Shown here piece by piece: positions 31,925 to 40,060 of a DNA stretch of 64,000 nt. Each line of letters starts with the position of its first letter. The first letter of the stretch is position 1. The stretch lies in contig JAUVAU010000001.1 of the NCBI GenBank assembly GCA_030591565.1, positions 104,577-168,576 on the forward strand. Reading direction: 5' to 3'. Source of the DNA: Deltaproteobacteria bacterium. Its GTDB lineage: Bacteria; Desulfobacterota; Deferrisomatia; Deferrisomatales; BM512. The notes under the pieces are model-generated. The model saw only the letters and a list, made by a program, of their open reading frames with translations. It searched no databases and was not told where the DNA came from. The position numbers and the translations under genes are program-made.

Positions 31925-32569
31925 ATGTACGAATATATACTCAAGGGCGGGATATTGATGTTCCCGATCCTGGCTTGCTCGGTGGTTGCGTTGGCGGTGG
32001 TGCTGGAGAGGTTCTGGTCCCTGCGATCGGCGAAGGTCATGCCCTCGGATATTTCAGAGAGGGTCGAAGAGCTTGTGCGGCGTGGGCATCTGGAAGAGGC
32101 GGCGGCGCTATGCAAGCGTGAAGACAGCGCGCTCGCCAGGCTGATAGGCACCGTCATCAAAAGCGCTGGGCAGGAACGCGAAGTGCTGAAGGAAGCGGTG
32201 TTGGAAGTGGGCCGTAGCGAGGCCGCCACGCTGGAACGCTACGTGGGAGTCCTTGGAACGGTGGCGAACGTCACGCCGCTATTGGGGCTGCTCGGCACCG
32301 TTTCGGGGATGATAAAAGCATTCACCGTCATCTCCATACAGGGGGTGGGCAACCCCGCCAGCCTCGCCGGGGGCATCAGCGAGGCGCTGATAACCACCGC
32401 CGCCGGGCTGACCGCTGCGATCCCCTCTTTTCTTGCTTACCGTTATTTTCTCTCACGGGTAGACCGCACCGTCCTGGAGCTGGAGCAGATATCCATCCAT
32501 TTCGTCGATATGGTCAGGCAACGGCGACCCGCCCCCAAGCGCGTGGCGAGAAGGCCGTCGGGGGAGTAA
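31925..32569 (+). CDS. exbB: MotA/TolQ/ExbB proton channel protein
   Basis: PLLGLLGTVSGMIKAF, LAGGISEALITTAAGL. Confidence 0.92.
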   Translation: MYEYILKGGILMFPILACSVVALAVVLERFWSLRSAKVMPSDISERVEELVRRGHLEEAAALCKREDSALARLIGTVIKSAGQEREVLKEAVLEVGRSEAATLERYVGVLGTVANVTPLLGLLGTVSGMIKAFTVISIQGVGNPASLAGGISEALITTAAGLTAAIPSFLAYRYFLSRVDRTVLELEQISIHFVDMVRQRRPAPKRVARRPSGE

Positions 32570-32573
32570 CCGC

Positions 32574-32978
32574 ATGGATTTCAGGGTGAAGAAAAGAGAA
32601 GCGGTAACGATGGATATCACGCCGCTGGTGGACGTGGTGTTTTTGCTGCTCATCTTCTTCATGCTCTCCACCACCTTCATCGTCTCGCCCGGCATCCGCA
32701 TCAACCTGCCCGAGGCGACCGCTGAGACGGTGCGACGCGAGAGCCGCGAATTCAGGGTAAAGATCGACCCGCAGGGGACGATGATGGTCGCTGATGTGAG
32801 CATCACCATCGAAGACCTTGAGCAGCGTTTCCGCAGCGCAGCGGAGCTGGACAGGGATACCCTGGTGGTGATCGAAGCCGATGAGGTCGCCATGCACCGG
32901 TTTGTTGTCGCAGTGATGGACAGGGCCAAAACCGCCGGGCTCACCCGGCTGGCGATAGCCACCCGTCCTAAACAGTAG
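32574..32978 (+). CDS. exbD: ExbD/TolR family protein
   Basis: DITPLVDVVFLLLIFFM, VIEAD. Confidence 0.93.
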   Translation: MDFRVKKREAVTMDITPLVDVVFLLLIFFMLSTTFIVSPGIRINLPEATAETVRRESREFRVKIDPQGTMMVADVSITIEDLEQRFRSAAELDRDTLVVIEADEVAMHRFVVAVMDRAKTAGLTRLAIATRPKQ

Positions 32979-33044
32979 GAGGCTCTCCGAAAAGCTCTTC
33001 TGAAGCGGGGAGTAACGCTAGTCCGGGGTTTTTCAACAAGCTCG
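32978..33044. mobile_element. Internally deleted MITE copy F (both ends of subfamily 2)
   Basis: GGAGGCTC...GAAGCGGGGAGTAACGCTA (left end of copy D) joined to TCCGGGGTTTTTCAACAAGCTCG (right end); TAG on both sides. Confidence 0.7.
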
Positions 33045-33057
33045 TAGAGGTTGACAA

Positions 33058-33906
33058 ATGCATTTCTACCGTCTGTCCGCATGGCTGGCGGTGTCCGTCG
33101 CCGTCCATGCCGTCATCATCTTCGGAGTCGCGGCCGAAAAGATACTACTCGACCCCTCCCCGGAAGAGACCCTGATAGCCGTTGAGCTGAAAGAGGAAGA
33201 GGTTGAGCTTGCGCCTCCCAAGCCCGAACCGCCTGAACCCATCAAGGAAGAGATCGCGCAGGAACCGGTGGTCCCCCCGGATTCCAGTGAACCCCCCAGC
33301 CCGGAAACGGTGACCACTGCCAAGGAATTCCAGCCCCAACTTGTTGACCGCGCCGCCTTCGGTCCCCTGCCACGCCCCACCGCGCCGCGCCCCATACGCC
33401 TCCCCTCAAGACGCCCGATGAGGTCCCTGCACTCCAGCGAGTTGCTCACCGTCAGCCGGCCCGTGCCCAGGGGAGAGATTGCCCTGCCCACGTCGCCGGG
33501 AAGGGTCAAATCACCCCCTCCGGGCGTGACCGACCGGGAGCGCAATGTCGCGCTGGCTGACAGACTGTTGGCCTCCCTTGACAGCGGTGCAGCCACCAGG
33601 GACAAGGCCCCTGAAACAATAGCTGGCCGCGAGTTGGAGATCGGCGGCGAGGTGGGAGAACATCGCAAGGTGGTCAAGAGGCCGCCACCACCCGTCGTAG
33701 ATATCGAGAACAGGGTCACCGTGGAAATTGAATTCTGGGTCGCCCCGTCGGGCGACGTGACCAGGGCGCACGCAATAAAGACCGGCGACGCCCGGCTGGA
33801 CAGGGCTGCGGTAGATTATATAAAAGGTTTTAAATTCAACGCCCTGGAAAAGGACGGCTCCGGTCGCCAGCGGGGCACCATCCGCGTGCGGTTCAGCCTC
33901 AAATAA
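33058..33906 (+). CDS. tonB: TonB-family energy transducer
   Basis: N-terminal TM with S..VH, Pro-rich linker, C-terminal V.P.G.V...GD.RLD.AA..F.F domain. Confidence 0.85.
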   Translation: MHFYRLSAWLAVSVAVHAVIIFGVAAEKILLDPSPEETLIAVELKEEEVELAPPKPEPPEPIKEEIAQEPVVPPDSSEPPSPETVTTAKEFQPQLVDRAAFGPLPRPTAPRPIRLPSRRPMRSLHSSELLTVSRPVPRGEIALPTSPGRVKSPPPGVTDRERNVALADRLLASLDSGAATRDKAPETIAGRELEIGGEVGEHRKVVKRPPPPVVDIENRVTVEIEFWVAPSGDVTRAHAIKTGDARLDRAAVDYIKGFKFNALEKDGSGRQRGTIRVRFSLK

Positions 33907-34007
33907 AATATGAATGCCACCCCCTGCGAACCCTTTGCCTAACAGCCCCTCAAAGCGTACTATTATGTAGATACGCCGGAACCCCTCCGGCGCCTCTGAC
34001 GTGATGG

Positions 34008-34316
34008 GTGGATGAGCCTCGAATGAGCCGAAAAGAAAGAGTCGTCTACACGCTTCTACTGCTGGGTGGTGTGATAATGCTGGGAGTGGCATTTTTTGGT
34101 TCCGACGGCATACCCGAAGTGCGACGCCTTCAACGGGAGAGTGACGATCTGAAAGCCGAGATCAAGGAGCTGGAAGACCGTCAGACAACCCTCTCCGATG
34201 AAGCAAGCCTTCTCACCGACGACAAAGAAGCGATTGAACGCAGAGCCCGCGAAGAGTTTGGAATGGTGCGGGAAGGCGAGACTGTGATCCTCCTGCGTGA
34301 AAAAGGCGTGAAATGA
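34008..34316 (+). CDS. ftsB: Septum formation initiator FtsB/DivIC
   Basis: Single TM, FGSDG, coiled coil, IERRAREEFGMVREGE. Confidence 0.9.
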   Translation: MDEPRMSRKERVVYTLLLLGGVIMLGVAFFGSDGIPEVRRLQRESDDLKAEIKELEDRQTTLSDEASLLTDDKEAIERRAREEFGMVREGETVILLREKGVK

Positions 34317-36418
34317 GGGGCAGGGCTGATTCCGTGAGCTTCAAAACCCTGAGGAGCAAGGGGGTGCGCATTGCCGTGCCTGCGGTCTACGCCGCGCTGC
34401 TGATGCTCAGGGTTTTTGGTGAGGAAGAGGGCACCTCCGGCACCCTTGCGCTCATTGCGCTTGCCTGTTTCACCCTCTACCTCGGCTGGCGACTGGTAGA
34501 CCTCGCAAGAACCGAAAAGGTGAAAAGCGGGACCAGGGGTGACGGTGAACTGAAGCTGACTGGCATCCTCGGCGTCGAGATCGGCTTTCTCTCCATCCTA
34601 GCGCTGGCGACGCTGCATCAGCTGTTACCCATACTCGACCCCTGGTGGTCCACCAGCCACGTCATCCTCATAGCCGGACTAGCAGCCATATTGCGCATTC
34701 CCGAGCTGATCGTCCTGCCAATTTGTGCAGTGGCGCTGGCGGTTGGGATCGAGGCCGCGTGGGAGTTCAAGTGGCTCATCGCGCTGGGCCACCTCGAAGC
34801 GGTCGGGCTGACGGTGGGGCTGGTCTTCTCCGTGGAGAGGGCCAAGCTGCACCGGGTCACCAAGTCGATGGAGCGGCTGCGCCTTGAGGCGGAGCACCTC
34901 GAAATCGGGCCGTCGGCGCAGACGGGGAGTGGGAAGAAGGGCGAGCTTACCCGGCTTAACGAGGTCCTCTACAATTACCTGAAAGAGGTCAAGATCAACA
35001 CCAACGCGCACTGCGCGGTGTTGGCCGTGCGCGCGGCCAAGGGCAACCTCTACGTGCGCGAACTGGTCAGCGACAGCGATAAGATCAGGGAAGAGGCGGG
35101 ACTTGACCTCACCGGCAGTTCCTTCGCCTGGATACTGAGAAACCGCAAGGCGCTCTCCATCGCATCCATCTCGGAGCCCGGCGACGTTCTTGGCTATTAC
35201 AGCGGCAGGGTCCCGGCAAAGAGCTTCATGGGCGTGCCGGTAATAAACGGCGAGCGCGTCGAGGGCGTGCTGGCGATAGACAGCCTTGAGGCGGGCAAAT
35301 TCAGTGACGATACCCTCTCGGTGCTAAATGTCGCCACCCATCAGGCATCGACCTTGCTCAGTCAAATTACCCAACTCGAACAGGTGAGAAGGGAAGCGCG
35401 CGACTTCAAGTGCCTGCACGACCTCGCCAAGAAGCTGGTGGATCTCGGCGGCTCGGAGGAGCTGCTCACCCTCGTGCTCAATATCGTCAACGAGAGGATC
35501 AATCCAACGTTCTCGGCGATAGTCCTCCTTGACGAGGAGGAAAACCTCAAGATTGAAAAGGTGGGAACCAAAAGGGGTGAAGAGTTCGAGGGCCGCGAGT
35601 TCGACGCAGCGCAGGGGCTGGTGGGGTGGGCGCTGGACAGCGGCCAATACCTCTACTATGAGAAGCCGCGCCCCTCGTCGCGCAGGCCAGTCTTTTCCGA
35701 CCAGGTGAAGCTCCCCGAATTCCAGACGCTCCTCATCCACCCCTTCTCACGAAAAGAGCAGCCGCTGGGCGCGCTGGTGGTGGGGCTGGACACACCGATG
35801 GCGATGGACACCTCGTCAATTGCATTCTGCGACATCCTCTGTCAGCAGATCGCGCTGGGACTATTACAAATTCGCACGATGGACAGACTGAAAGCGATGG
35901 CGACCACCGATGAGCTGACCAAGCTGAAAAATCGCCGGGTCTTCTTCTCCACCGCAGAAGAAGAGATAAAGCGCGCCAGACGTTACGTCGCCCCCCTCTC
36001 GGTCATCATCCTCGATCTTGACTACTTCAAGAAGATCAACGACACCTACGGCCACCCGGCGGGGGACGAAGTTTTGCGGAAACTGGGAGCGCTGCTCGCC
36101 GAACATGCCCGCGACACCGACCTGCCCGCACGCATCGGCGGTGAAGAGTTCGCCATGCTCCTGCCCAACACCGACGAAGAAGGCGCCAAGCGCATGGCCG
36201 AACGGATACGCAAAGCCGTCGCTGAACTGAAAGTCGTCTGGGAAAAGAGAACACTGCATATGCACATCAGCGCCGGAGTGGCCCAGGTCCTGGACGATGA
36301 AACAGCGGAGAAGATGCTGGAGCGCGCGGATCAGGCTATGTACTGCGCCAAGGAAAACGGCCGCAACAGGGTGGTGCCGTTTTCGTCGGTTAAGGAATAT
36401 CTGAGCTGGTCCGCTTAA
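34313..36418 (+). CDS. Membrane-bound GAF-GAF-GGDEF diguanylate cyclase (DmxA-like)
   Basis: N-terminal TM helices, two GAF-like regions, DELTKLKNRR, DLDYFKKINDTYGH, RDTD I-site, RIGGEEF; ATGA overlap with ftsB. Confidence 0.9.
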   Translation: MRGRADSVSFKTLRSKGVRIAVPAVYAALLMLRVFGEEEGTSGTLALIALACFTLYLGWRLVDLARTEKVKSGTRGDGELKLTGILGVEIGFLSILALATLHQLLPILDPWWSTSHVILIAGLAAILRIPELIVLPICAVALAVGIEAAWEFKWLIALGHLEAVGLTVGLVFSVERAKLHRVTKSMERLRLEAEHLEIGPSAQTGSGKKGELTRLNEVLYNYLKEVKINTNAHCAVLAVRAAKGNLYVRELVSDSDKIREEAGLDLTGSSFAWILRNRKALSIASISEPGDVLGYYSGRVPAKSFMGVPVINGERVEGVLAIDSLEAGKFSDDTLSVLNVATHQASTLLSQITQLEQVRREARDFKCLHDLAKKLVDLGGSEELLTLVLNIVNERINPTFSAIVLLDEEENLKIEKVGTKRGEEFEGREFDAAQGLVGWALDSGQYLYYEKPRPSSRRPVFSDQVKLPEFQTLLIHPFSRKEQPLGALVVGLDTPMAMDTSSIAFCDILCQQIALGLLQIRTMDRLKAMATTDELTKLKNRRVFFSTAEEEIKRARRYVAPLSVIILDLDYFKKINDTYGHPAGDEVLRKLGALLAEHARDTDLPARIGGEEFAMLLPNTDEEGAKRMAERIRKAVAELKVVWEKRTLHMHISAGVAQVLDDETAEKMLERADQAMYCAKENGRNRVVPFSSVKEYLSWSA

Positions 36419-36425
36419 ATATGCC

Positions 36426-36518
36426 CGGCTCGTCTTTTCCCAGCTGGACTGTGTCGCGTGCATGCTCACCCCCTCGGCTGGCTCGGCTCGTCTTTTCCCG
36501 GCTGACTGTGTCGCGTGC
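36426..36518. repeat. Imperfect 35/36-bp direct repeat
   Basis: CGGCTCGTCTTTTCCC(A/G)GCTG(G)ACTGTGTCGCGTGC at 36426-36461 and 36484-36518. Confidence 0.85.
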
Positions 36519-36652
36519 TCGCGAACTGCCCGAGGCGTAGTGAACCTACTGCCTCTGTTGTTCGCTTGCGCGTCTCCTTGTGAGCCGGAAAAATACATTG
36601 CCGAAAGTAGCTTTTCGATGTGTTCATATCAGCAATGAGGGGAGGACTGTTT

Positions 36653-37156
36653 ATGAGCGTTTTTCGTTTCTCTTTCACTCTGATTTTGATGCTGTTCTGT
36701 ACTTTCTTTTTTGCCCAGAGCAGCGAGTGTTCGGAACTTTGTCGCTTTGATGATGGCGAACTTGTAATTTCCTACAAAGCGGCTCCTTTGAATGCTTCAC
36801 TTGAGCAGTGTGATGACGGTGACCTTTCAGGGGTTAACGAAGCCAAAAATGTGGTGAAGAAGTTTTGGGCTCGCTCAGTTCCCGAAAGGTACGGCCTATT
36901 TGCAGTTTCATATTTGGATATGCTCAAAAGGGTCTACGGCATCACTGACGAAAAAAGCTATGCAGAAAAAATTGGGGTGAGTGAACGAACATGGCAAAGC
37001 CAAGTATATGAAAAAGTATATTGGGGGGTGGGTAACTCAGCACATTTTGTGGTTTTGGCGAAATGGCACGAAGAAGGGTATGAGGGCGTCATGACGTTTA
37101 ATTTTGAATTATTTCTTGAAAGTGGAGCTTGGAAAATAGGGAATATAGTTTATTGA
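36653..37156 (+). CDS. Exported hypothetical protein, AT-richer than its neighbours (possible NTF2-like fold)
   Basis: GGAGG RBS, signal-peptide-like N-terminus, C-terminal FELFLESGAWKI strand pattern. Confidence 0.65.
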   Translation: MSVFRFSFTLILMLFCTFFFAQSSECSELCRFDDGELVISYKAAPLNASLEQCDDGDLSGVNEAKNVVKKFWARSVPERYGLFAVSYLDMLKRVYGITDEKSYAEKIGVSERTWQSQVYEKVYWGVGNSAHFVVLAKWHEEGYEGVMTFNFELFLESGAWKIGNIVY

Positions 37157-37251
37157 AATTAAGTTTGTGGCAGCCATAGAATTCGCCTCTGGTTTAGTTT
37201 TTGAATTTCAACTCCCCACCGAGCTGTGCAGTGAGCGGGTGAGGAGTTTTT

Positions 37252-37560
37252 GAGGGTCATCTTGTTTGAGGCGAAGCCGAGTTCATGACCCTCCCGAGAA
37301 CGCGAGCGGTTCCCGAAGGGAAGCACACGTGCTCGAAGGGGCGCGTCTTTGCGGAACTTTCTTCGCGCAAAGAAAGTTCCCTCGGGGTGCAGGGGACGAG
37401 CAGTCCCCGCATTCTATAAAACCGATCAGATGCCATCCCCCTTGCGCTACGAAATTTCCCTGTTAACGGTAAATGGGCTCCGCGCAGAGAAAGTACCCTC
37501 GGGGTGCAGGGGGCGAGCAGCCCCCGCATACAATAGAAAAGGCCTTCGCCAGAAGGCCCT
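37252..37560. repeat. Hairpin-rich non-coding repeat element with duplicated module
   Basis: GAGGGTCAT/ATGACCCTC stem, GGAACTTTCTT/AAGAAAGTTCC stem, two copies of CCCTCGGGGTGCAGGGGRCGAGCAGYCCCCGCAT (~37378 and ~37496). Confidence 0.6.
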
Positions 37561-37601
37561 CCAAATCAAAACAAAATGGGCGAAGAGCGGCCGAAACCGC
37601 G

Positions 37602-37874
37602 TCAGAACCCCCTGCGCATAAACTCCTCCCCCACATATTTGGCGAAAAGTTCATCCCAATCCCGCGTCCCGGGTTCCACGTTGCGCGAGAGCGATTCGAT
37701 CTTGCGCCGGGCGGTGTCATGTATGGATTCCAGCACTTTCACTCCGTCGCCCACTCCCTTTTTAATGGCGACAAGCGCCGCGTTGGGGTCGGGGACTTTT
37801 ATGGCGGGGTCTTTTTCAATCGCTTTCACGGCGCGGTGCGCCATTGCGCGGACTTTTTCTTCGGAGGGGATCAT
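37602..37874 (-). CDS. DUF507-family protein
   Basis: SEEKVRAMAH...ARRKIESLSRNVEPGTRDWDELF pattern. Confidence 0.8.
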   Translation of the reverse strand: MIPSEEKVRAMAHRAVKAIEKDPAIKVPDPNAALVAIKKGVGDGVKVLESIHDTARRKIESLSRNVEPGTRDWDELFAKYVGEEFMRRGF

Positions 37875-38149
37875 CTGAGCACCACCCCCTTCTCCTTGGC
37901 GAGCTTGGCTAGAATTTGCCCACGCAGTTTGCCCACGTCGGCTCCTTCGGCGCGCACGGTGGTCATGTGGGCGCGCAGTATCTTGTCCACTTCCACCATC
38001 AGCTCGTTTTCGACGTTCATTTCCTGGAGCAGCGCACGCTTTATCGTCTGCGCGATATGCGCCCGGTCGCCCCGCGCCGCGCCCTGCATCAGCAGTTCGG
38101 CGGCAGCCTTATCGGCCATCTGGTTGACGATGTTGTTGGGAATATGCAT
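37871..38149 (-). CDS. DUF507-family protein
   Basis: E...E..L..EV..IL...KLAKEKGVVL pattern; ATGA overlap with next gene. Confidence 0.75.
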   Translation of the reverse strand: MHIPNNIVNQMADKAAAELLMQGAARGDRAHIAQTIKRALLQEMNVENELMVEVDKILRAHMTTVRAEGADVGKLRGQILAKLAKEKGVVLR

Positions 38150-38157
38150 CGCTCAGT

Positions 38158-39027
38158 TCACCCTTGGCCCCTGCCGATGAGCCCTTTGAGGGTGGTCTGG
38201 ATGTCGGCGGGGAGTACGATGATTTTGGCGTTGTTGGACTCGCCCAGGTTGTTCATCGCTTGAATGTAGCGCTGGCCCAGGAGATATAGCGCGGGCAGCT
38301 CCTGGTCGCTGATTGATTCGGTCACCCTCAGGATCGCATCACGGTCCGCTTCGGCCAGTATCCTTTTGGCTTCCGCCTGGCGGCGCGCGGCCTCCAGCTT
38401 GCCTTCCGCCTCCAGTATTACGGCTTCTTTCTGGCCGTCGGCCTGGGTCACTGTGGCGCGGCGTGTGCGCTCAGCAGCGGCCTGCTGCTCCATCGCCGTC
38501 TGCATCGTCCTGGATGGGTTGATGTCCTGAATTTCGACGCTCTTGACGATGATGCCCCAGTCGGCCACGTCGTCGCTTATGGATGCCTTGACCCTGCTCT
38601 TGATCATCTCACGGTTGCTGAGCGTTTCGTCCAGCGTCATCTCGCCGATGATCGAACGCAAGGAGGTCTGCACCAGGTTTTGAATTGCCAGTGCAAAATT
38701 ATCGATGCCGTAGCTGGCTTTTTCGGGGCCGACGATGTTGAGGAAGCACACCGCGTTGGTTGTGATGACGGCGTTATCCTTGGTGATGACCTCTTGGGCC
38801 GGGATGTCCATCACGATGTCCTTGGTGGTCATCTTGTAGGCGACCGAGTCGATGTAGGGAATGACGATGTTGAGGCCGGGGTTGAGCGTCTTGGTGTATT
38901 TACCCAGCCGCTCCACCACGTACTTCATACCCTGGGGCACTATGCGCACACCCATTGCTATGGTGAGGATCACCAGGACTACGAAGATGACGGCGAGGAT
39001 AAGCGCCGGAGATGTTGATATGTACAT
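38158..39027 (-). CDS. SPFH/stomatin (band 7, QmcA-like) protein
   Basis: VVERLGKY..LNPGL, QEVITKDNA, AMEQQAAAERTRRA. Confidence 0.92.
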   Translation of the reverse strand: MYISTSPALILAVIFVVLVILTIAMGVRIVPQGMKYVVERLGKYTKTLNPGLNIVIPYIDSVAYKMTTKDIVMDIPAQEVITKDNAVITTNAVCFLNIVGPEKASYGIDNFALAIQNLVQTSLRSIIGEMTLDETLSNREMIKSRVKASISDDVADWGIIVKSVEIQDINPSRTMQTAMEQQAAAERTRRATVTQADGQKEAVILEAEGKLEAARRQAEAKRILAEADRDAILRVTESISDQELPALYLLGQRYIQAMNNLGESNNAKIIVLPADIQTTLKGLIGRGQG

Positions 39028-39065
39028 GATTGAAATTCTCCCTAAAAGAAGGTTGAAGTGTAATC

Positions 39066-39378
39066 CAGATTGTTAATAAAGGTAGACAAAAGGAAGTTAG
39101 CTGGAAAATTGTCTACTCGCAACTGTCTGTCCATATACGTACCCAGCTTACCCAGTCTGATTGATTGCTGACAAGGGTTGGATTTTCTTCGAGGCAAGTT
39201 TTCTGTTCTGAAAACTTGGATGCGCATTAGCGCACCTTTAGGCGAGGCCCCAGAGAGGGGGCCGAGTCCACGAGGAAGGTGATAAGAGATGACCGGAGGA
39301 ATACTTGACGTATTTCGAGGATCATTTCTTAGCCTGACGAAGTCAATCGGAGAAAAGACAGGCTTTGTCGGCAATCAG
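39066..39378. mobile_element. Composite MITE-like repeat, copy C (subfamily 1, inverted) with nested ~76-bp insertion
   Basis: Reverse complement aligns with 4886-5114 over both modules; extra block 39194-39269. Confidence 0.78.
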
Positions 39379-39384
39379 GTATAA

Positions 39385-39831
39385 TCAGGAACGTTTTACT
39401 ATCAGGGTATTGCCGCTGTGACCCTGCACCATGATGCGGTCCCCCTCGGTGATCTCATCTTCGGTGATGAACTCCCACTCCTCCGCGCCCAGCAAGGGTA
39501 TGGAGAAACGCACCCTGCCGCGCACTCCCTCGGAGGGAGCCTTTACCACCAGGCCGGTCTGGCCCATTATCGCCTCCTTTGCCATGCCGGAGAGCGATTT
39601 ATTCTTGATCTGTGGATTGATCACCTTGAACCAGATAACCGTGAAGGCGATTGAGCTGACTGCCCAGAGGAAGACCTGGGAGGCCACCGTCATGCCAGGG
39701 GCGAAGTAGAGCACTGCGCCCGTTAGCGCCGCGCCCAGGCCAAACCAGATGATGGTGAAGGAGGTAATAAAGAGTTCCAGCCCCATCAGCGCCATGCCTG
39801 CCGCGACCCAATGCCACCATAGAAGTTCCAT
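39385..39831 (-). CDS. NfeD-like (YbbJ) membrane protein
   Basis: WWHW..G..LMGLEL...IIWFGLGA, OB-fold C-terminus; partner of the SPFH gene. Confidence 0.9.
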   Translation of the reverse strand: MELLWWHWVAAGMALMGLELFITSFTIIWFGLGAALTGAVLYFAPGMTVASQVFLWAVSSIAFTVIWFKVINPQIKNKSLSGMAKEAIMGQTGLVVKAPSEGVRGRVRFSIPLLGAEEWEFITEDEITEGDRIMVQGHSGNTLIVKRS

Positions 39832-40060
39832 ACCAAAATCCCTCACAAAAAGCCTTCAAAAAAAGTGACTATCCGTGGGGATAGTTCCACAACTTGGGTC
39901 AAGCCGCAAGGTTTACCGCGTTGGAGGGGAAAACAATGAGCGCGCACTCACCCCGTATCTTTTACGGTTGACGCTTTGCAGATAAAAGGGGCTCTTTCGC
40001 TGGTGCCCGTCGAGGGGTAAGGTTGTCAAAACGAACCGGTTTTTCTTCCAAGGAGCACAG

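Noticed and set aside
36521-36565. Bulged hairpin with AAC...GTT as an integron attC site
   Set aside because: About 45 bp, shorter than known attC sites; ends do not fit RYYYAAC/GTTRRRY; no intI in the window.
39042-39374. 110-aa ORF MPTKPVFSPIDFVRLRNDPRNT...
   Set aside because: Lies wholly within repeat copy C; similar peptide text arises from copy B, so it is a repeat artefact.
4866-39378. Dispersed repeats as CRISPR array or autonomous IS
   Set aside because: No regularly spaced repeat-spacer units, no cas genes and no transposase ORF.
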